From NCBI GenBank assembly GCA_964016885.1, contig OZ024751.1, positions 11,656,001-11,720,000 on the forward strand: a stretch of DNA of 64,000 bases, given 5' to 3'. Both the position numbers and the translations under genes were made by a program. This DNA comes from Eledone cirrhosa (Eukaryota). This document shows positions 14,935 through 29,296 of this stretch, one piece after another. The notes below the pieces were generated by a model that saw only the letters and a program-made list of their open reading frames with translations, did not search any database and was not told where the DNA came from. The number at the start of each line of letters is the position of its first letter. Position 1 is the first letter of the stretch.

Positions 14935-15298
14935 AAAGATGAAATCGAAAATGCAGTTGGAGTTTTTTTTTTTTTAAATATATATATTTATTTGGTTCCT
15001 TTCCCGGTTTCGCAGCTCTTCTGCTTCTCAAAAGTAGAGTTGAGATGGAGGGTCTGAGGTTTTTCTCACAGATGTGAGAAAAACCACAGACCCTCCATCT
15101 CAACTCTACTTTTCAAAAGCAGAAGAACTGCGAAACCGGTAAAGGAAGCAAATAAATCTATATTTTTTTTTAAAAATAAGACTCCAGATGCATTTTCGAT
15201 TTCATCTTTTTTTCTTTATACTTTCACTCGTGTAGGACACCTCGGTTATTTTTCATTTTGTAACCCCCCCCCCCCCCCCAAAAAAAAAACCTGACTTC

Positions 15299-15302
<4 letters not shown>
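14935..15302. mobile_element. Fold-back element family P-C (arms 14935-15069 and 15073-15208, plus tail); shorter fold-backs at 25258-25432 and 46027-46183
   Basis: Reverse-complement arms; shared tail 'ctttcactcgtgtaggacac'. Confidence 0.9.
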
Positions 15303-15335
<33 letters not shown>

Positions 15336-15417
15336 ATAATAATAAATTTGAAGATTAAAATCCAAAGAGGGCTCGATAAGGATAAATATATATCAAATAT
15401 ATAAGAACAGTAGAGCA

Positions 15418-15449
<32 letters not shown>

Positions 15450-15954
15450 TTCTAATAGCCATCTTTTCACCCCTTGATAATTTGTGTGTGAGACACGTTG
15501 GCTGAGTCTTCGGACAGGAACTAGTAGATTGATTCTGTTTAGCTTCCCGTCCCCACGTACAATTTGTAAATCAGTAGTTAGTTGAGAGATAGTCCTATCG
15601 GTTGCCAGTTAATCGCTTTACCGTGTCGGTTGTCACAAACAGTCATGACCGGCACGGTGTTTGGAATATGTCGATCGATTGGTTATTGATGGGGCGATAC
15701 CCGCTGATGAAGCCGCATAAGCCGATTGTGCATTGTTGCATAATATATGCAGACAGATGGTGCAGTGTACCTTACTGCTGCATTAGTACTGCAGAAACTC
15801 GAGTCCGGTAACCTTATAAGCACCAGTTTCACGTGTGTTGTGTTGAGGCAAATAACTATGTGTATACTCTGGTAATGTATCTTACATTGCCCATTGAGTG
15901 CGCTGAGATACAACCGGTACTGGCATTGATAAATATGCTGGGTCCGTCAACCCC

Positions 15955-15956
<2 letters not shown>
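15450..15956 (+). mobile_element. TA-flanked PLE-type 3' fragment containing an HHR motif (15701-15808)
   Basis: ccg-CTGATGA-(83 nt)-GAAAC-tcga-GTC-cgg; 'attgagtgc' near the 3' end. Confidence 0.65.
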
Positions 15957-15993
<37 letters not shown>

Positions 15994-16197
15994 GTAAAAG
16001 GGTGAAGAATAACGTGTTCGGCTGTACAATAGGGTTTATTCAAATTATTAACAATTGTTTCATTAGTCCCGGTGTGTCTAAAAATCGGTGATCGATAGGA
16101 GCTTCGTCATTCGATTTTAATTACAGTCGATAAAACTATCCTCGATATAGAGTACTCATAGACCCTATTTGGATTACCTTAAACGATATATTGTTAA

Positions 16198-16274
<77 letters not shown>

Positions 16275-16800
16275 AGGCATTATAAATGAAATAACGCACT
16301 TCATGGAATATACTCTATTTTGAAAGAATCCCTTCATTAATCTCCATGGCACACCTTAAAGTACCCAACCTTCAGAATTTAAATAACCTTTAGAGTTTAA
16401 ATGTTAAAATGTAAATGAATGTGGACGTACACATATATAACTGTGTGTGTTTCTGATTCGATGAACGAAATTGGCCACAGAATTTGTAGCTCAATTGGGA
16501 TTTATTACATATACACAAACATGAGTAAAGATATTTTAAAAATATATATAACAGGTTAGTCTGTAAAGAGACCTTTTCAACGTAAGATCGGGCTTCCAAA
16601 CAGCTCCTGATTACAGAAATGTATTGGCTCGAAAGAAATCTGTGACAAGACACTTGTTCTCAAGAGGACATACAGTTCGATGGAACCCACTATCTTATAT
16701 CTGCAAAGCAAAATTGTTAAATGTTTCGAAATACCCGAGTACACGTTATAGTGACACACTCACACAGACATCCACCTCCAAATATATGTATAGATACACA

Positions 16801-16875
<75 letters not shown>

Positions 16876-17053
16876 CCCACTCTACTACCCTAAGTATTGA
16901 GTACTTTGGTGCGTTATGGTCCACCTGGTTCCTTACCACATTTCCTTCGTTAATGCGATGAAATACCCATGATCGTTTGGTAAATCACTGATGAGGGACT
17001 AATTTTATAACATGTTATCCATGTGCAACCAGCAGTATTCTTCTCACCCGATT

Positions 17054-17058
<5 letters not shown>

Positions 17059-17144
<86 letters not shown>

Positions 17145-17229
17145 CATATATGTATCTATATATCTATATATATTTATATATGTACATACATATATATATA
17201 TATATATATATGCATATATATATTTATAC

Positions 17230-17260
<31 letters not shown>

Positions 17261-17330
17261 CATACACACACATATATATATATATATATATACATACATA
17301 TATATATATATATATATGTATCTATATATC

Positions 17331-17362
<32 letters not shown>

Positions 17363-17397
17363 TATATGCATATATATATATATACATATATATATAC

Positions 17398-17470
<73 letters not shown>

Positions 17471-17491
17471 CACATATATATATATACATAC

Positions 17492-17522
<31 letters not shown>

Positions 17523-17645
17523 CATATACATACATATATATATACATCATTCTTGTTCTCTTTATATATATATGTATTAGAAAAAGATTGATAGATCGGT
17601 AAAAATGTATATAAATATATACACATATATATATATATATATATA
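17059..17645. repeat. Degenerate (TA)n/(CA)n tract
   Basis: Direct reading. Confidence 0.95.
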
Positions 17646-18086
17646 AAGAGAGGAAGATGGATATATACCTGCATATATGTATGCAAACTCAGATTCTATC
17701 ACGCATTCATACACATACTATCACACATACATATAAATAGATAAAACTATTTCTACATATGTATGTCTTGAGAAAATGAGATACAGTAGAGAAAAAGAAA
17801 AAGTAAGATAGATATCCATCCACTTATACGAACGGTATCTTCTTCTTATCTCTTCCATTGTACTACAAACTTACATACATCCTATCTGGACATTCTTCTC
17901 CGCCCATTTACACACCACCAATACGTCCATTTACTTCAACAGATTCAGGCTTTCACATAGGTAATTAATATCTATAGAATTTTACACTATTACTTTTTAA
18001 TCATTCCATTCCTTAGATACTTACCACAATGCACCGTGCGGTATATAATATGAATGTGATGTTCCGATAGAGTTATGTATGGCATG

Positions 18087-18138
<52 letters not shown>

Positions 18139-18491
18139 AATACATATACATAATTATATATATTTAGATAATTATATATATATATATATGTGTATATATA
18201 TATATACACACATATATATAAGGAGGAGAGGTACATATATAAATATTATAAATATGCAACTGTTATTTTATATTATATATGTAGATATATATGTTATATA
18301 TCTATAGTTACATATCTGTCCATATACACAGACACACATACAAACACTCACACATAAACACACACACATACACACATACAGACACACACACACATGTATA
18401 TGTATATAATTATATATTTGTGTTGCTTTCCAATAGTTCTTCATTTAACATCATTTCATAAATGCTCCACTCTAATATTCACATTTCTTTC

Positions 18492-18522
<31 letters not shown>

Positions 18523-18673
18523 ACATATATATTATATTATATATATATATATCATATTTTATTGTATATATACATACCAATTCTTGTACGTTGCACTTTT
18601 TTTTACAATGGTAATTAGAGCTCGTATATATCATACTCTCGGTAGATAAAACTCCATGTTCGATATAATATTA

Positions 18674-18723
<50 letters not shown>

Positions 18724-18754
18724 ATGTGTGTCTGTGGGTGTGGGTGTGTGCGTA

Positions 18755-19139
18755 TACGAGGGCAATCCCAAAAGTAAGGTCTCCTTCCGATATTGCAACT
18801 TTTCCTTTAAAATCCTGTGGATGGTGCTTCGGGAAATCTCAGGAACCAAAATGCAGAGAGCATCCAGAGTGATCCGCCGATCTTTGCGCATGTTTTCTTG
18901 GAAGGAGACCTTACTTTTGGGATTGCCCTCTATATGATAGCTGCGCGAAATTCGCACTTGGCGGTAGCGTTCAACGGGAGCTCCAATCTCAACGGGTGCC
19001 AAGCCAAGATTGAGCATCCCAGCGAAGCGCGGTCTTGCTTTTTTTTTTGAGTGAAGGAAGCACCATCACAACAGCCGTACGAACAGTTTCTCTGCGTCTC
19101 CATTGCTTTTGAGACCTTACTTTTGGGATATCCCTGGTA
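18755..19139 (-). mobile_element. Mariner (Tc1/mariner) deletion derivative with three TIRs
   Basis: TA-CGAGGGCAATCCCAAAAGTAAGGTCTC at 18755, inverse copies at 18905-18930 and 19111-19139; minus-strand HTH fragment DRRITLDALCILVPEISRSTIHRILKEKLQYRK. Confidence 0.88.
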
Positions 19140-19156
19140 TATATATATTTTAATAA

Positions 19157-19205
<49 letters not shown>

Positions 19206-19211
<6 letters not shown>

Positions 19212-19664
19212 ATTAAATAAATGGAAAACTATATTTATAAAACCATATTTATTTCATTATATATATTTCGGGGATATCATATTAACAATATGCTATGCCT
19301 TCATCAGACAAAATACAATATAAACAGTTTTATAGATAAATAGATTCGACATACCGTAATAACACCGACTTCATTTGAAGAGGTTTACGCTGCCAGCGTA
19401 AACCTCTTCAAATGAAGTCGGTGTTATTACGGTATGTCGAATCTATTTATCTATAAAACTGTTTATATTGTATTTTGTCTGATGAAGGCATAGCATATTG
19501 TTAATATGATATCCCCGAAATATATATAATGAAATAAATATGGTTTTATAAATATAGTTTTCCATTTATTTAATATTGTAAATATACTCCAAATATTTGT
19601 CGAGTGCTTTTATATCAGTTATAAATATTTACTAGTTGTAACCCAACAATTTTAAATATAACTT

Positions 19665-19668
<4 letters not shown>
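19206..19668. mobile_element. Apparently perfect palindrome (187-bp arms, 1-nt spacer at 19393) of PLE family P-A 3' end, HHR motif in both arms
   Basis: 19206-19392 is the reverse complement of 19394-19580; CTGATGA at 19479, GAAA at 19517. Confidence 0.93.
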
Positions 19669-19711
<43 letters not shown>

Positions 19712-20125
19712 AGAGGTTATATTTAATTTGTTGGGATACAAGCAAAATATTTTTATAACAGATATAAAGCACGCAACATATTATTGGAGTAAATATACAG
19801 TATATTAACAAATGGAAATTATATTTATAAAATCAAATTTATTTCATTATACATATTTCAAGGGCCACGAAGTTAAACTATGGTGCGCTTAAAAATGCAT
19901 ACCCTTAAAATGCATACCCTTAAAAAATGCAACCATTCTGGTTTGATTCCAGCCAGAATGGTTGCATTTTTTAAGAGTATGTCAATATTTATTTATAAAA
20001 CTAACCTATATTATATTTTATCTGATGAAAGCGCAACATAGTTTACCTTGGTGGCCCTTGAAATATGTATAATGAAATAAATTTGGTTTTATAAATATAG
20101 TTTCCATTTGTTAATATATTGTATA
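19712..20125. mobile_element. Fold-back of PLE family P-A (apex ~19947), HHR motif at 20014-20079
   Basis: Inverted arms with a deletion in the left arm; homologous to 29130-29280. Confidence 0.88.
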
Positions 20126-20616
20126 TATAAATATATATATATATATATAACGAAGGAAATGTGGTAAGGAACCAGGTGGACCATATCGCACGAAAGTACT
20201 CAATACTTAGGGTAGTAGGGTGGGTAATAGGAACGAGTAGGACCCCGACGGCTGAGCTCAAGCCGTTTCGACGGCTAAATTTGTCGAGTGCTTTATATCA
20301 GTTATAAAAATATTTACTTGTTGTATCCCAACAATTTTAAATAGTACTTTTGCATATATATATATATATGTTAGCAATAGGCATGTCTCTTCTGATTCTC
20401 GTAAGCCACGATATATGAAACCTCCGTACTTCTTTGGTCGCTGTAATGCCTTCTGTGTGCAATAAAATCGAAACAAAACAAATATAATCAAAGTTTGATA
20501 AAATTAATGGGACTCTGCATCAGTAAAATCACAGTGACTTGCATCTTACCTCTTTAAACAATTTAGTTTTCAATATAAAGGGTGGCGCAAATCTTGTGCA
20601 CAAGACTAATTATTTT

Positions 20617-20790
20617 AGGGTTGGCAGTATCGGTAGAGTGTCGGACACCATGCTTTGACGCATAGAGTTACGGCCCTTGGCATTCTGAGTTCAAAACTCG
20701 CCGAGGTTAACTTTCGGGGTCGATAAAATAAAGTACCAGTAATGCACTGGGTAATTGCTAGCCTTGTGCCAAAAGAAGAAACAATTAATT
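20617..20790 (+). mobile_element. SINE family S2
   Basis: Near copy of 35785-35975 with an internal deletion. Confidence 0.88.
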
Positions 20791-21545
20791 TATGAATATC
20801 CCATTTACTGACAAAAATAACAAATTTCAACATATTGTGGCAAAGTTTTATTTTACTCCTGCACATATATCCATGCTCCTCCCTGTACATATATCCATGT
20901 ATGTTACACGTAACTCCAAGTCGATTCAGAGGAGCTCTGCAATGACATAAGACATTTACAGAGAACCTTAGTCTATGACTCCTACAAAATATTGACGTAT
21001 ATAGGCAGTTTGATATTTGTGGGAGTTGGGGAACCAGCTGACTATAAAAGATAATGGCTCACTGTACTTAGTCAAGTTCATATATTTGGAGAGTTTCGTA
21101 TAAAGACGGAAACAGAAAATATATTTATATGAATTGGCAGAATATTTAGAGCTTTGCAGCATTTAGTTAAGGTTCTTTACCGTTTGATTTCAATTCCCAC
21201 TGAGGCAAATTTTTTTTTACATTGTTCCTGGGCCGATGAGATAATATGCCTGTTAAGTACTGGGGTGTGTATCATCTGCTTTTCCTACCACCAAATTTGT
21301 TGACCTTCTCGTTAAATTAGACATCATTTGTATAGTGTTAATAGATTTAATATGGGTTAGGAACAGCAATCTAAATCAAATGCATTGAGTAAAAATTATT
21401 ACTTGTCATTGATTAACACAAAGTTGATTTGTTTCTCGTTACGAACGGCAATGCTCGAGTTTGTAGCTGAGCTGTCGAGGGCGGAGGTCGAGGACATGTG
21501 AAAGTCCCTGTGGAACAAGGGTAATTATTTACCTCCCTCGAACAG

Positions 21546-21696
21546 GAAGATGATCATCCCATTTCCCGTTCTTACCACAACCACACAAAGTCAGAGGCCG
21601 ACAGGCATTACTTCCTACGATAGACCGTTCGCTTCAAGGTTCCTTCTGATGATGTAGTTGAAGACGGAGTGCCGGGAGAAATGAAACGACATGAGA
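21546..21696 (+). other. Candidate non-coding or pseudo exon
   Basis: Acceptor ttttacctccctcgaacAG and donor AGA|GTGAGT; unique CpG-containing sequence; best frame has one TAG (21621). Confidence 0.3.
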
Positions 21697-22417
21697 GTGA
21701 GTGTATTCTGAATTCTTGAACCATGGCTCCTTCGCAACTGTATTTGTGCGAAAGATCTATGAAGGAATATATCAAATCGATTTCGATGGGTTTGAACTCA
21801 GAATGTAATAAAAAAAAAAAATAAATAAAACAGATATCACCAGGCATATTTATTTTATTACTCTACAAGTTCTGTCGAATACCATCATTAATTACGAAAA
21901 GTAATAAATTATATCTCACTTTAAATTTTGCTTCTAACAATAAAATTGACATTGAATATTTGCAACACATTATCAATGTTGGAAACGCATTAAAAGTGAT
22001 TTTTTTTTACACATAAGGTAATGAATTCCGCTCTCCATACCCCTATATAAGGCTGGTTAAAATCACAGGTGTACTTTTCTATATTAATAAGACCCTCATC
22101 TGTGGTGTGATGTGCGGCGATAATTTCTCCCGCGGCAAACTAGTGATTCCAGCAGACCTGTCAACTCTCCCGTCGAACGGAGAGATCTCCCACCCACTTT
22201 CGGGAGGGTGAGAGATGTTTTCTCGTGTGAAAATGGGTATATTGTTAACATCTCCTTATTTTACCTCATTTCTCCCCTTTTTTAGAGTATCTTTTTTTTT
22301 AACGGTACTCGCCATTTGGGATTGAAGAGGTTTGCAGGTCTGTTTCAGTATCAGACATATTCTCCGCAATAGATGGCAAATTGTCGAAATACTGGCTAAT
22401 ATACGATTGATTTTTCG

Positions 22418-22561
22418 ATGAACACACGACTTGTGGAGAAATCGGACGTGCTGGGGCCTTCGCTGTATTCAGCGATTGGACCGGAGATTGCCATGCGCAA
22501 GCACGAGTCCCTTCACACGCTATTCCCTCACTCTCATTTCGCAATTATTTCCCCCGAGACC
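22418..22561 (+). CDS. Candidate first coding portion (48 codons, MNTRLVEKSDVLGPSLYSAIGPEIAMRKHESLHTLFPHSHFAIISPET) of exon 22286-22561; product unknown
   Basis: Strong acceptor tttctccccttttttAG (22285); in-frame phase-0 donor ACC|GTAAGG (22562); unique sequence; protein not recognised. Confidence 0.35.
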
Positions 22562-23291
22562 GTAAGGCAAGGCCAGATCCTTCTAATTTTTAATTCTTCA
22601 GTTGCATACATTGTTTTGGCTATTAATACAATCCATAATGCATAGTAATAAAGAACAAGTCAACATCAACATCATAGCGTATTCAACTATAACTACGTGG
22701 TTATCTTGCACAAGTATATTGGCTAAAACAATGTTGGAGACGATGACAATGTCCATGATGACAACGACGGCGACTATTCATCTATATAATTTATTGCCTC
22801 CTTGCTTATCGGTTATCAATTTTTCTTATCTGAAAACATTTTTCTCTTTTTCGTTTTTCTCATTAAAATACAATAGTTATGAGAAATCTCACTCTAATAC
22901 CGAGCGGAAGTTGGAACAATCGTATCTCAAAACGACCAAGCCTAGAATCAGTAAAAAAGAGAGATAACTTAAAACGTTGTGTTCTGCACGTATTTCCAGA
23001 TAACCTCATGCCATCATGTTCATTTTTTTGTTAGAATATAACTAAAATGGTAATTTTATACTTTGACAAAGGACAGAAACCAGAAACCACTAAAAGGAAG
23101 GAGAGTGTGAGAAAGAGAGAGGGGGTGACCAAAGAGGAAAAAAAAAAACACAACTGTCAAACGTTTAGCTGGGAACTTACAAAACCAACAAACAAGTCTT
23201 ACACTTTTTAACTATCATCTCTATCTCCCTCTCTCACCCTCGCTTTCTTTCTCTTTCTCCTCTCTCTCTATCTCTCTCTCTCTCTCTCACC

Positions 23292-23340
<49 letters not shown>

Positions 23341-23357
23341 CATAGATGTATATACAT

Positions 23358-23393
<36 letters not shown>

Positions 23394-23427
23394 TAAATTG
23401 GTTACCCCCGATTGAACCCTGGATAAA

Positions 23428-23526
<99 letters not shown>

Positions 23527-24089
23527 TGTCGTATTTAATCGTGGGTAACCTCACTAAGTAAGGTACTCAATACATTAGTAGAGTGTAAATATCAAATTTA
23601 ATATATGAATGGCTTCTACAAGAACTGTTACATTGTATTGATATATACATTTGTGTGAATGAGATTTCGATTGAGTGGGCGTATGTATAATATTGATAGC
23701 GTTTATTAAAACATTTTAGATAAAGTTTGCATAAGTGTCACGTTGGTTTTATATTATAAGGTGAAATATTTAATTTTCTCTCTTCATTCACGGAAATCTA
23801 TGCGATCGCTTTTCCCAGCTCCTTGGCTCTCCACTAAAAGACAAATACATTGATTTTGCCCCTAATATATAGAATTCATAACTTAAGGGGATTTATGTCA
23901 AACACAACATCTTAAATGAGATCACTAGCCTAATATGCATATAATATAAATATAATAAGCAAGTTGATTAATTATCTACTAAATGCTGATGCACAATTCA
24001 GAAATTTGAGGAACTGCCAACTAACCGTGAAACATGTGAAATGTAATTCCTATAGTTTTCTGTGTACGTAACATACATCATTATGCGGC

Positions 24090-24345
24090 GACCGCTCTGT
24101 ATAATCAGTGTTCCTGATTATTACTGGAATTCTATAAGAATCCAACATACATAATTTTCAGCAAACAGGAGGGTAGTGAATTTTGATAAGTACCAAAAAG
24201 TACGAAACAGAGCTCTGTCGGTTTAGCTCCCCTGTTTGCTGAAAATTTAAATAAGTGACATTGTCACTATTTAAAACAATGCGTATGGTCTTCAAAATAC
24301 TTTTAATTAAGCATACAGTGCATTGCAAAATACACTATATATACA
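24090..24345 (+). mobile_element. PLE-type fragment family P-F with U3-A8 variant HHR (24178-24224)
   Basis: TTGATAA-GTAC-caaaaa-GTAC-GAAAC-agagctct-GTC; reverse copy at 31305-31555. Confidence 0.75.
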
Positions 24346-24408
<63 letters not shown>

Positions 24409-24939
24409 ATACCGCTTAATTATTCTACGCTACTAGTGTATTTCTTTTTAATATTTATACATAACTGTTCCATCATATTATTTTAGGTAAACACTTATGA
24501 TAAATAATATTCCAAAAGTCAAACTAAACAATGACCTATTAGTTATATTACTAAACCGCCTCCACCAAATTTTTCCTTTCTTTAATAATTATTTGAAAAT
24601 TATAAACAGTAAATTTCATTAAAAATATGGTAAGAAAAGTGTTAAAAATTAATCTCTGGCAGGTGTTCAATTGTTCTCAATCAGGGAATTAGTTTGACGT
24701 GTATGATTATTCATAAGACAACCATTGTATATTAGTGTAAATATATGCAATGATAGACAATATCTCCTACATTAAAGTCACCGGGTTAAATGATATCGGA
24801 TATTCTTACTTTCCAGCTTGTTCGACAACTTTCAATGTTTTCATAACTGAGGCAATTATGAATTTTAATTATATATTAGCTGAAAACAGCTTTTGAATTA
24901 ATAGCGAGATTATATGAAAAACGCAGATACTAAGCCACA

Positions 24940-25095
<156 letters not shown>

Positions 25096-25112
25096 CATAT
25101 ATATATATATAC

Positions 25113-25166
<54 letters not shown>

Positions 25167-25175
25167 ATATATATG

Positions 25176-25263
<88 letters not shown>

Positions 25264-25831
25264 ACGAAATCGAAAATGCAACTGGAGTCTTATTTAAAAA
25301 AATATATATATATTTAAAAAAAAAAGTAAGACTCCAGTTGCATTTTCAATTTCATCTTTTTTTCTTTATACTTTCACTCGTGTAGGACACGTCGGTCATT
25401 TTTCATTTTGTAAAAAAAAACCTCACATTCTAATATATATATATATATATTTCAGAAGACAGCATATATATGTGAAGGTATGTATGTTTCCTCTGATAGT
25501 TTGTAATATTTTTACATAGATCTATATGATATACATTCCAACACACATATATATCCTAGAAACGATCGTAAAATGATGAATTTTTAAATATAAGGAACTT
25601 GTTCTTTGTTTTTATTAATTTAAATATATATATATATAAATACATATACATATATATACACACTCACACACATATATATATACATACATACATATATACA
25701 TAATATTTTGAATAATATTAAAAACTCCAGGAAAACTTTACAGTTGACAGCTTCTAATCCATTGTAAAATTGTATTCATTGAGTAATCAACGAACCATAC
25801 TAATCTTTGGTTATATATAGATATACACATA

Positions 25832-26222
<391 letters not shown>

Positions 26223-26266
26223 ATACACACAGATAATATATATACTTAGATATATATATATACATA

Positions 26267-26795
26267 CAATAACTTATTTCGCAAATTAAGAGAGTTCTTA
26301 CTTTTTAATATAAAGAATATTTCTTCAACACAAAGAGAACAATTTTGGGATAAAGCAGTGTATGAAGGAGCTTTGGAAATAATTTTCCAAAGTAAAGAAT
26401 AGTTAATATTCTTGGATTTCAGGTCCCATAATAAGTTAAATAGAGAATTTGAAGATTTTTTTACCAATATTCGTAAAGGAACATTTATGGTTATTAAAAT
26501 GAGATTTGAAGTCTGTGGAAGTAGAGCCGACATAGTTAAAGGAGTTTTCATTTGTTTTGACATTACAATTGTATACTATATTTTTAACTATACAATTAGT
26601 ATTTAGAGGACAGTTAGATTTATTTCTACAATTACATTTATCTAAATTTATATTATTGGGAGCCCTAACATTATATTGGATATGGCTAGGGGTATTAATG
26701 CTATTTTGGTTAGGTTTTAAATTTCTATTATTAATTCTATTAATATTTTGCGCTAAATTCATAGTGGTGGAATATGAGAGTTTAATAGTATGTCT
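26267..26795 (-). mobile_element. Inverted duplicate of PLE linker/GIY-YIG region (27249-27777)
   Basis: ORFs 26436-26762(-) and 27283-27615(+) are nearly identical. Confidence 0.93.
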
Positions 26796-29280
26796 ATTAA
26801 GTTTTTAGATGTAACTTTAAACCTTAACACTGTTCTTTATTATCCATTTCATAAATTAAACGAGAACTTAAACTATGTTAACTTTAATTCCAATCACCTC
26901 AGATCCGTTAAAAATACTATTGTAAATTCTGTGCAGCAACGTATTTCTAGAATTTCAGTGAATAAAAATATATTTGAAGATAAGGCACAATATTATAACG
27001 AAGCGTTAGGTAGTGCAGGCTATAGTAATTAAATTAATACATTGACAATAACGATGTGCCAATTAACCATAACTATAAGTATAATAGAACACCTTACACT
27101 AACTCGAAAACCAAAAGAAAAAATAGAACTAGAAATATATTATGGTTCGCGCCCCCTTTCTCATGAAGTATTAAAACTATTGCTAAATTATTCTTTAAAG
27201 CGCTAGATAGGTGCTTTCCTAAGCACACAGGTATTACTCAATCTTTAATAGACATACTATTAAACTCTCATATTCCACCACTATGAATTTAGCGCAGAAT
27301 ATTAATAGAATTAATAATAGAAACTTAAAACCTAACCAGAATAGCATTAATACCCCTAGCAATATCCAATATAATGTTACGGCTCCCAATAATATGAATA
27401 TAGATAAATGTAATTGTAGAAATAAATCTAACTGTCCTCTAAATACTAATTGTATAGTTAAAAATATAGTATACAATTGTAATTTCAAACAAACGAAAAC
27501 TCCTTTAACTATGTCGGCTCTACTTCCACAGACTTCAAATCTCGTTTTAATAACCATAAATGTTCCTTTACGAATATTGGTAAAAAAATCTTCAAATTCT
27601 CTATTTAACTTATGATGGGACCTGAAATCCAAGAATATTAACTATTCTTTACTTTGGAAAATTATTTTCCAAACTCCTTCATACACTGCTTTATCCCAAA
27701 ATTGTTCTCTTTGTGTTGAAGAAATATTCTTTATACTAAAAAGTAAGAACTCTCTTAATTTGCGAAATAATTTATTCAGTTCCTGCAAACATCGTTTAAA
27801 CTCAACTTTTAAATATATATATAAAATGTAATATATGATTTATCTCTTTTACATAATGTCTTCTATATCTATATATAATTCATATCTCTACTTCACATAT
27901 ATATACTATATATTTTATATTATTACACCTATCAATAGATTATAAAAATTTTTTATATGACTGCTTGAAACTCCTTTAAGAAAAAAATTTTTCTTGAAAA
28001 ACTTAGGGAAGGTTTTAGGACAAATCTTTTGAAAATTGCTTTGAAAGATATAGAAAAACCATTATTTTTATATTTTTATATTTTTTATATCTCCAAACGT
28101 TTTTAATATATATATCCAAATGTTTATATATATGTGGAAAAACATATGATTTTTATATATAGGTTTTTTTATATATATGTGGAATAACGTATGTTTTATA
28201 CTTTAAATATATTCTTAAGATACATTTTTTAATATTTTAATTTTAATGTTAAAGTTTTAACTTTATAGCAAGTAAATTTATGACTTCGTATAAAATAACA
28301 TATGGTTCATGTTTTAATTATATTCTTAAGATAAACAAATTTTACCTTTTTAACTTTATAACATTTAATCCTTAGAATCATCTGAGTTCTTAAAAAAAAT
28401 CACTTTTAACTTCCTTTACACCTACTTACTGTTTTTATAATAAAACTAGGTGGTTATTCTTTTGTAAACTCTCGTAAATTTTTCATAAATTTAGAATTAT
28501 TTGGATGTTTAAATTTTGATTGACAACTTTTAATAAAATAAACTATACTAGTTTTGCTCTAATGTAAAATACTATATATTTATTTAAATAATTTATAATC
28601 CTTAACATATAAACTAATTATTAATATTAAATTATTAAATTAAATCTTTAATATTAAGGTAAATTTTAATCTTTAATTTTGATTTCTAATTTTTAATTTA
28701 AATTTAATTTTAATCTAATTTTTCAACCTATCATCATAAGTTTTATAATCAAAACGTAATGAATCCTGCATTATAAATATTATTATTCCACGCTATTCTC
28801 ATGTCTTCTCTCATTTAGATATACTTACGCTGTCTATATTTATCTCTTCATGCACTCTATTTTCACTATCAATATATATAATCGTTGTTTCTTTCCTCTT
28901 CTATCTTTCTCCGTTCTTTTTTTTTTTTTTTTTCTATTTTTTCTCTCTCGCTAACATACAGTTTAATTTATTTTTTCTCTCTCCTTCCAACAGTTTAATT
29001 TAAATAAACCGTTATCTTTTCAAACTTTCGGACACTCATTTGCATACTCACTCATAATTTTGTATCACCTTCAATAAATGTACTATCTCCATTATCCTGG
29101 AAGCTCCAACCGTTAAGGTTGTCTTTTTTCCGGTATGTCAATATTTATTTATAAAACAAATCTGTATTTTATCTGATGAAAGCGCACCACAATTTGCTTG
29201 GTTGCCCTTGAAATATGTATAATAAAATAAATATACTTTTATAAATATAGTTTCCATTTATTAATATATTGTATAAATAT
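26790..29280 (+). mobile_element. 5'-truncated Penelope-like element (RT C-terminus, Cys linker, GIY-YIG remnant, long AT-rich 3' UTR, terminal HHR), family P-A
   Basis: FLDVTLNL..YYPFHK..YVNFNSNH, IWFAPPFS, CNCR-x4-CPL-x3-C-x4-IVY, CSLCVEE; frameshifts and stops; HHR at 29165-29229; continuity across the AT-rich UTR is inferred. Confidence 0.85.
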
Positions 29281-29296
29281 ATATATATATATATAT

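Noticed and set aside
16990-17020. Further CTGATGA-like hits (16989, 46640, 50365 minus, ~16060 minus)
   Set aside because: Missing GAAA, core or stems; too degenerate to call.
22299-22544. Minus-strand 81-aa ORF
   Set aside because: Starts at TTG directly after a stop with no acceptor; splice signals favour the + strand.
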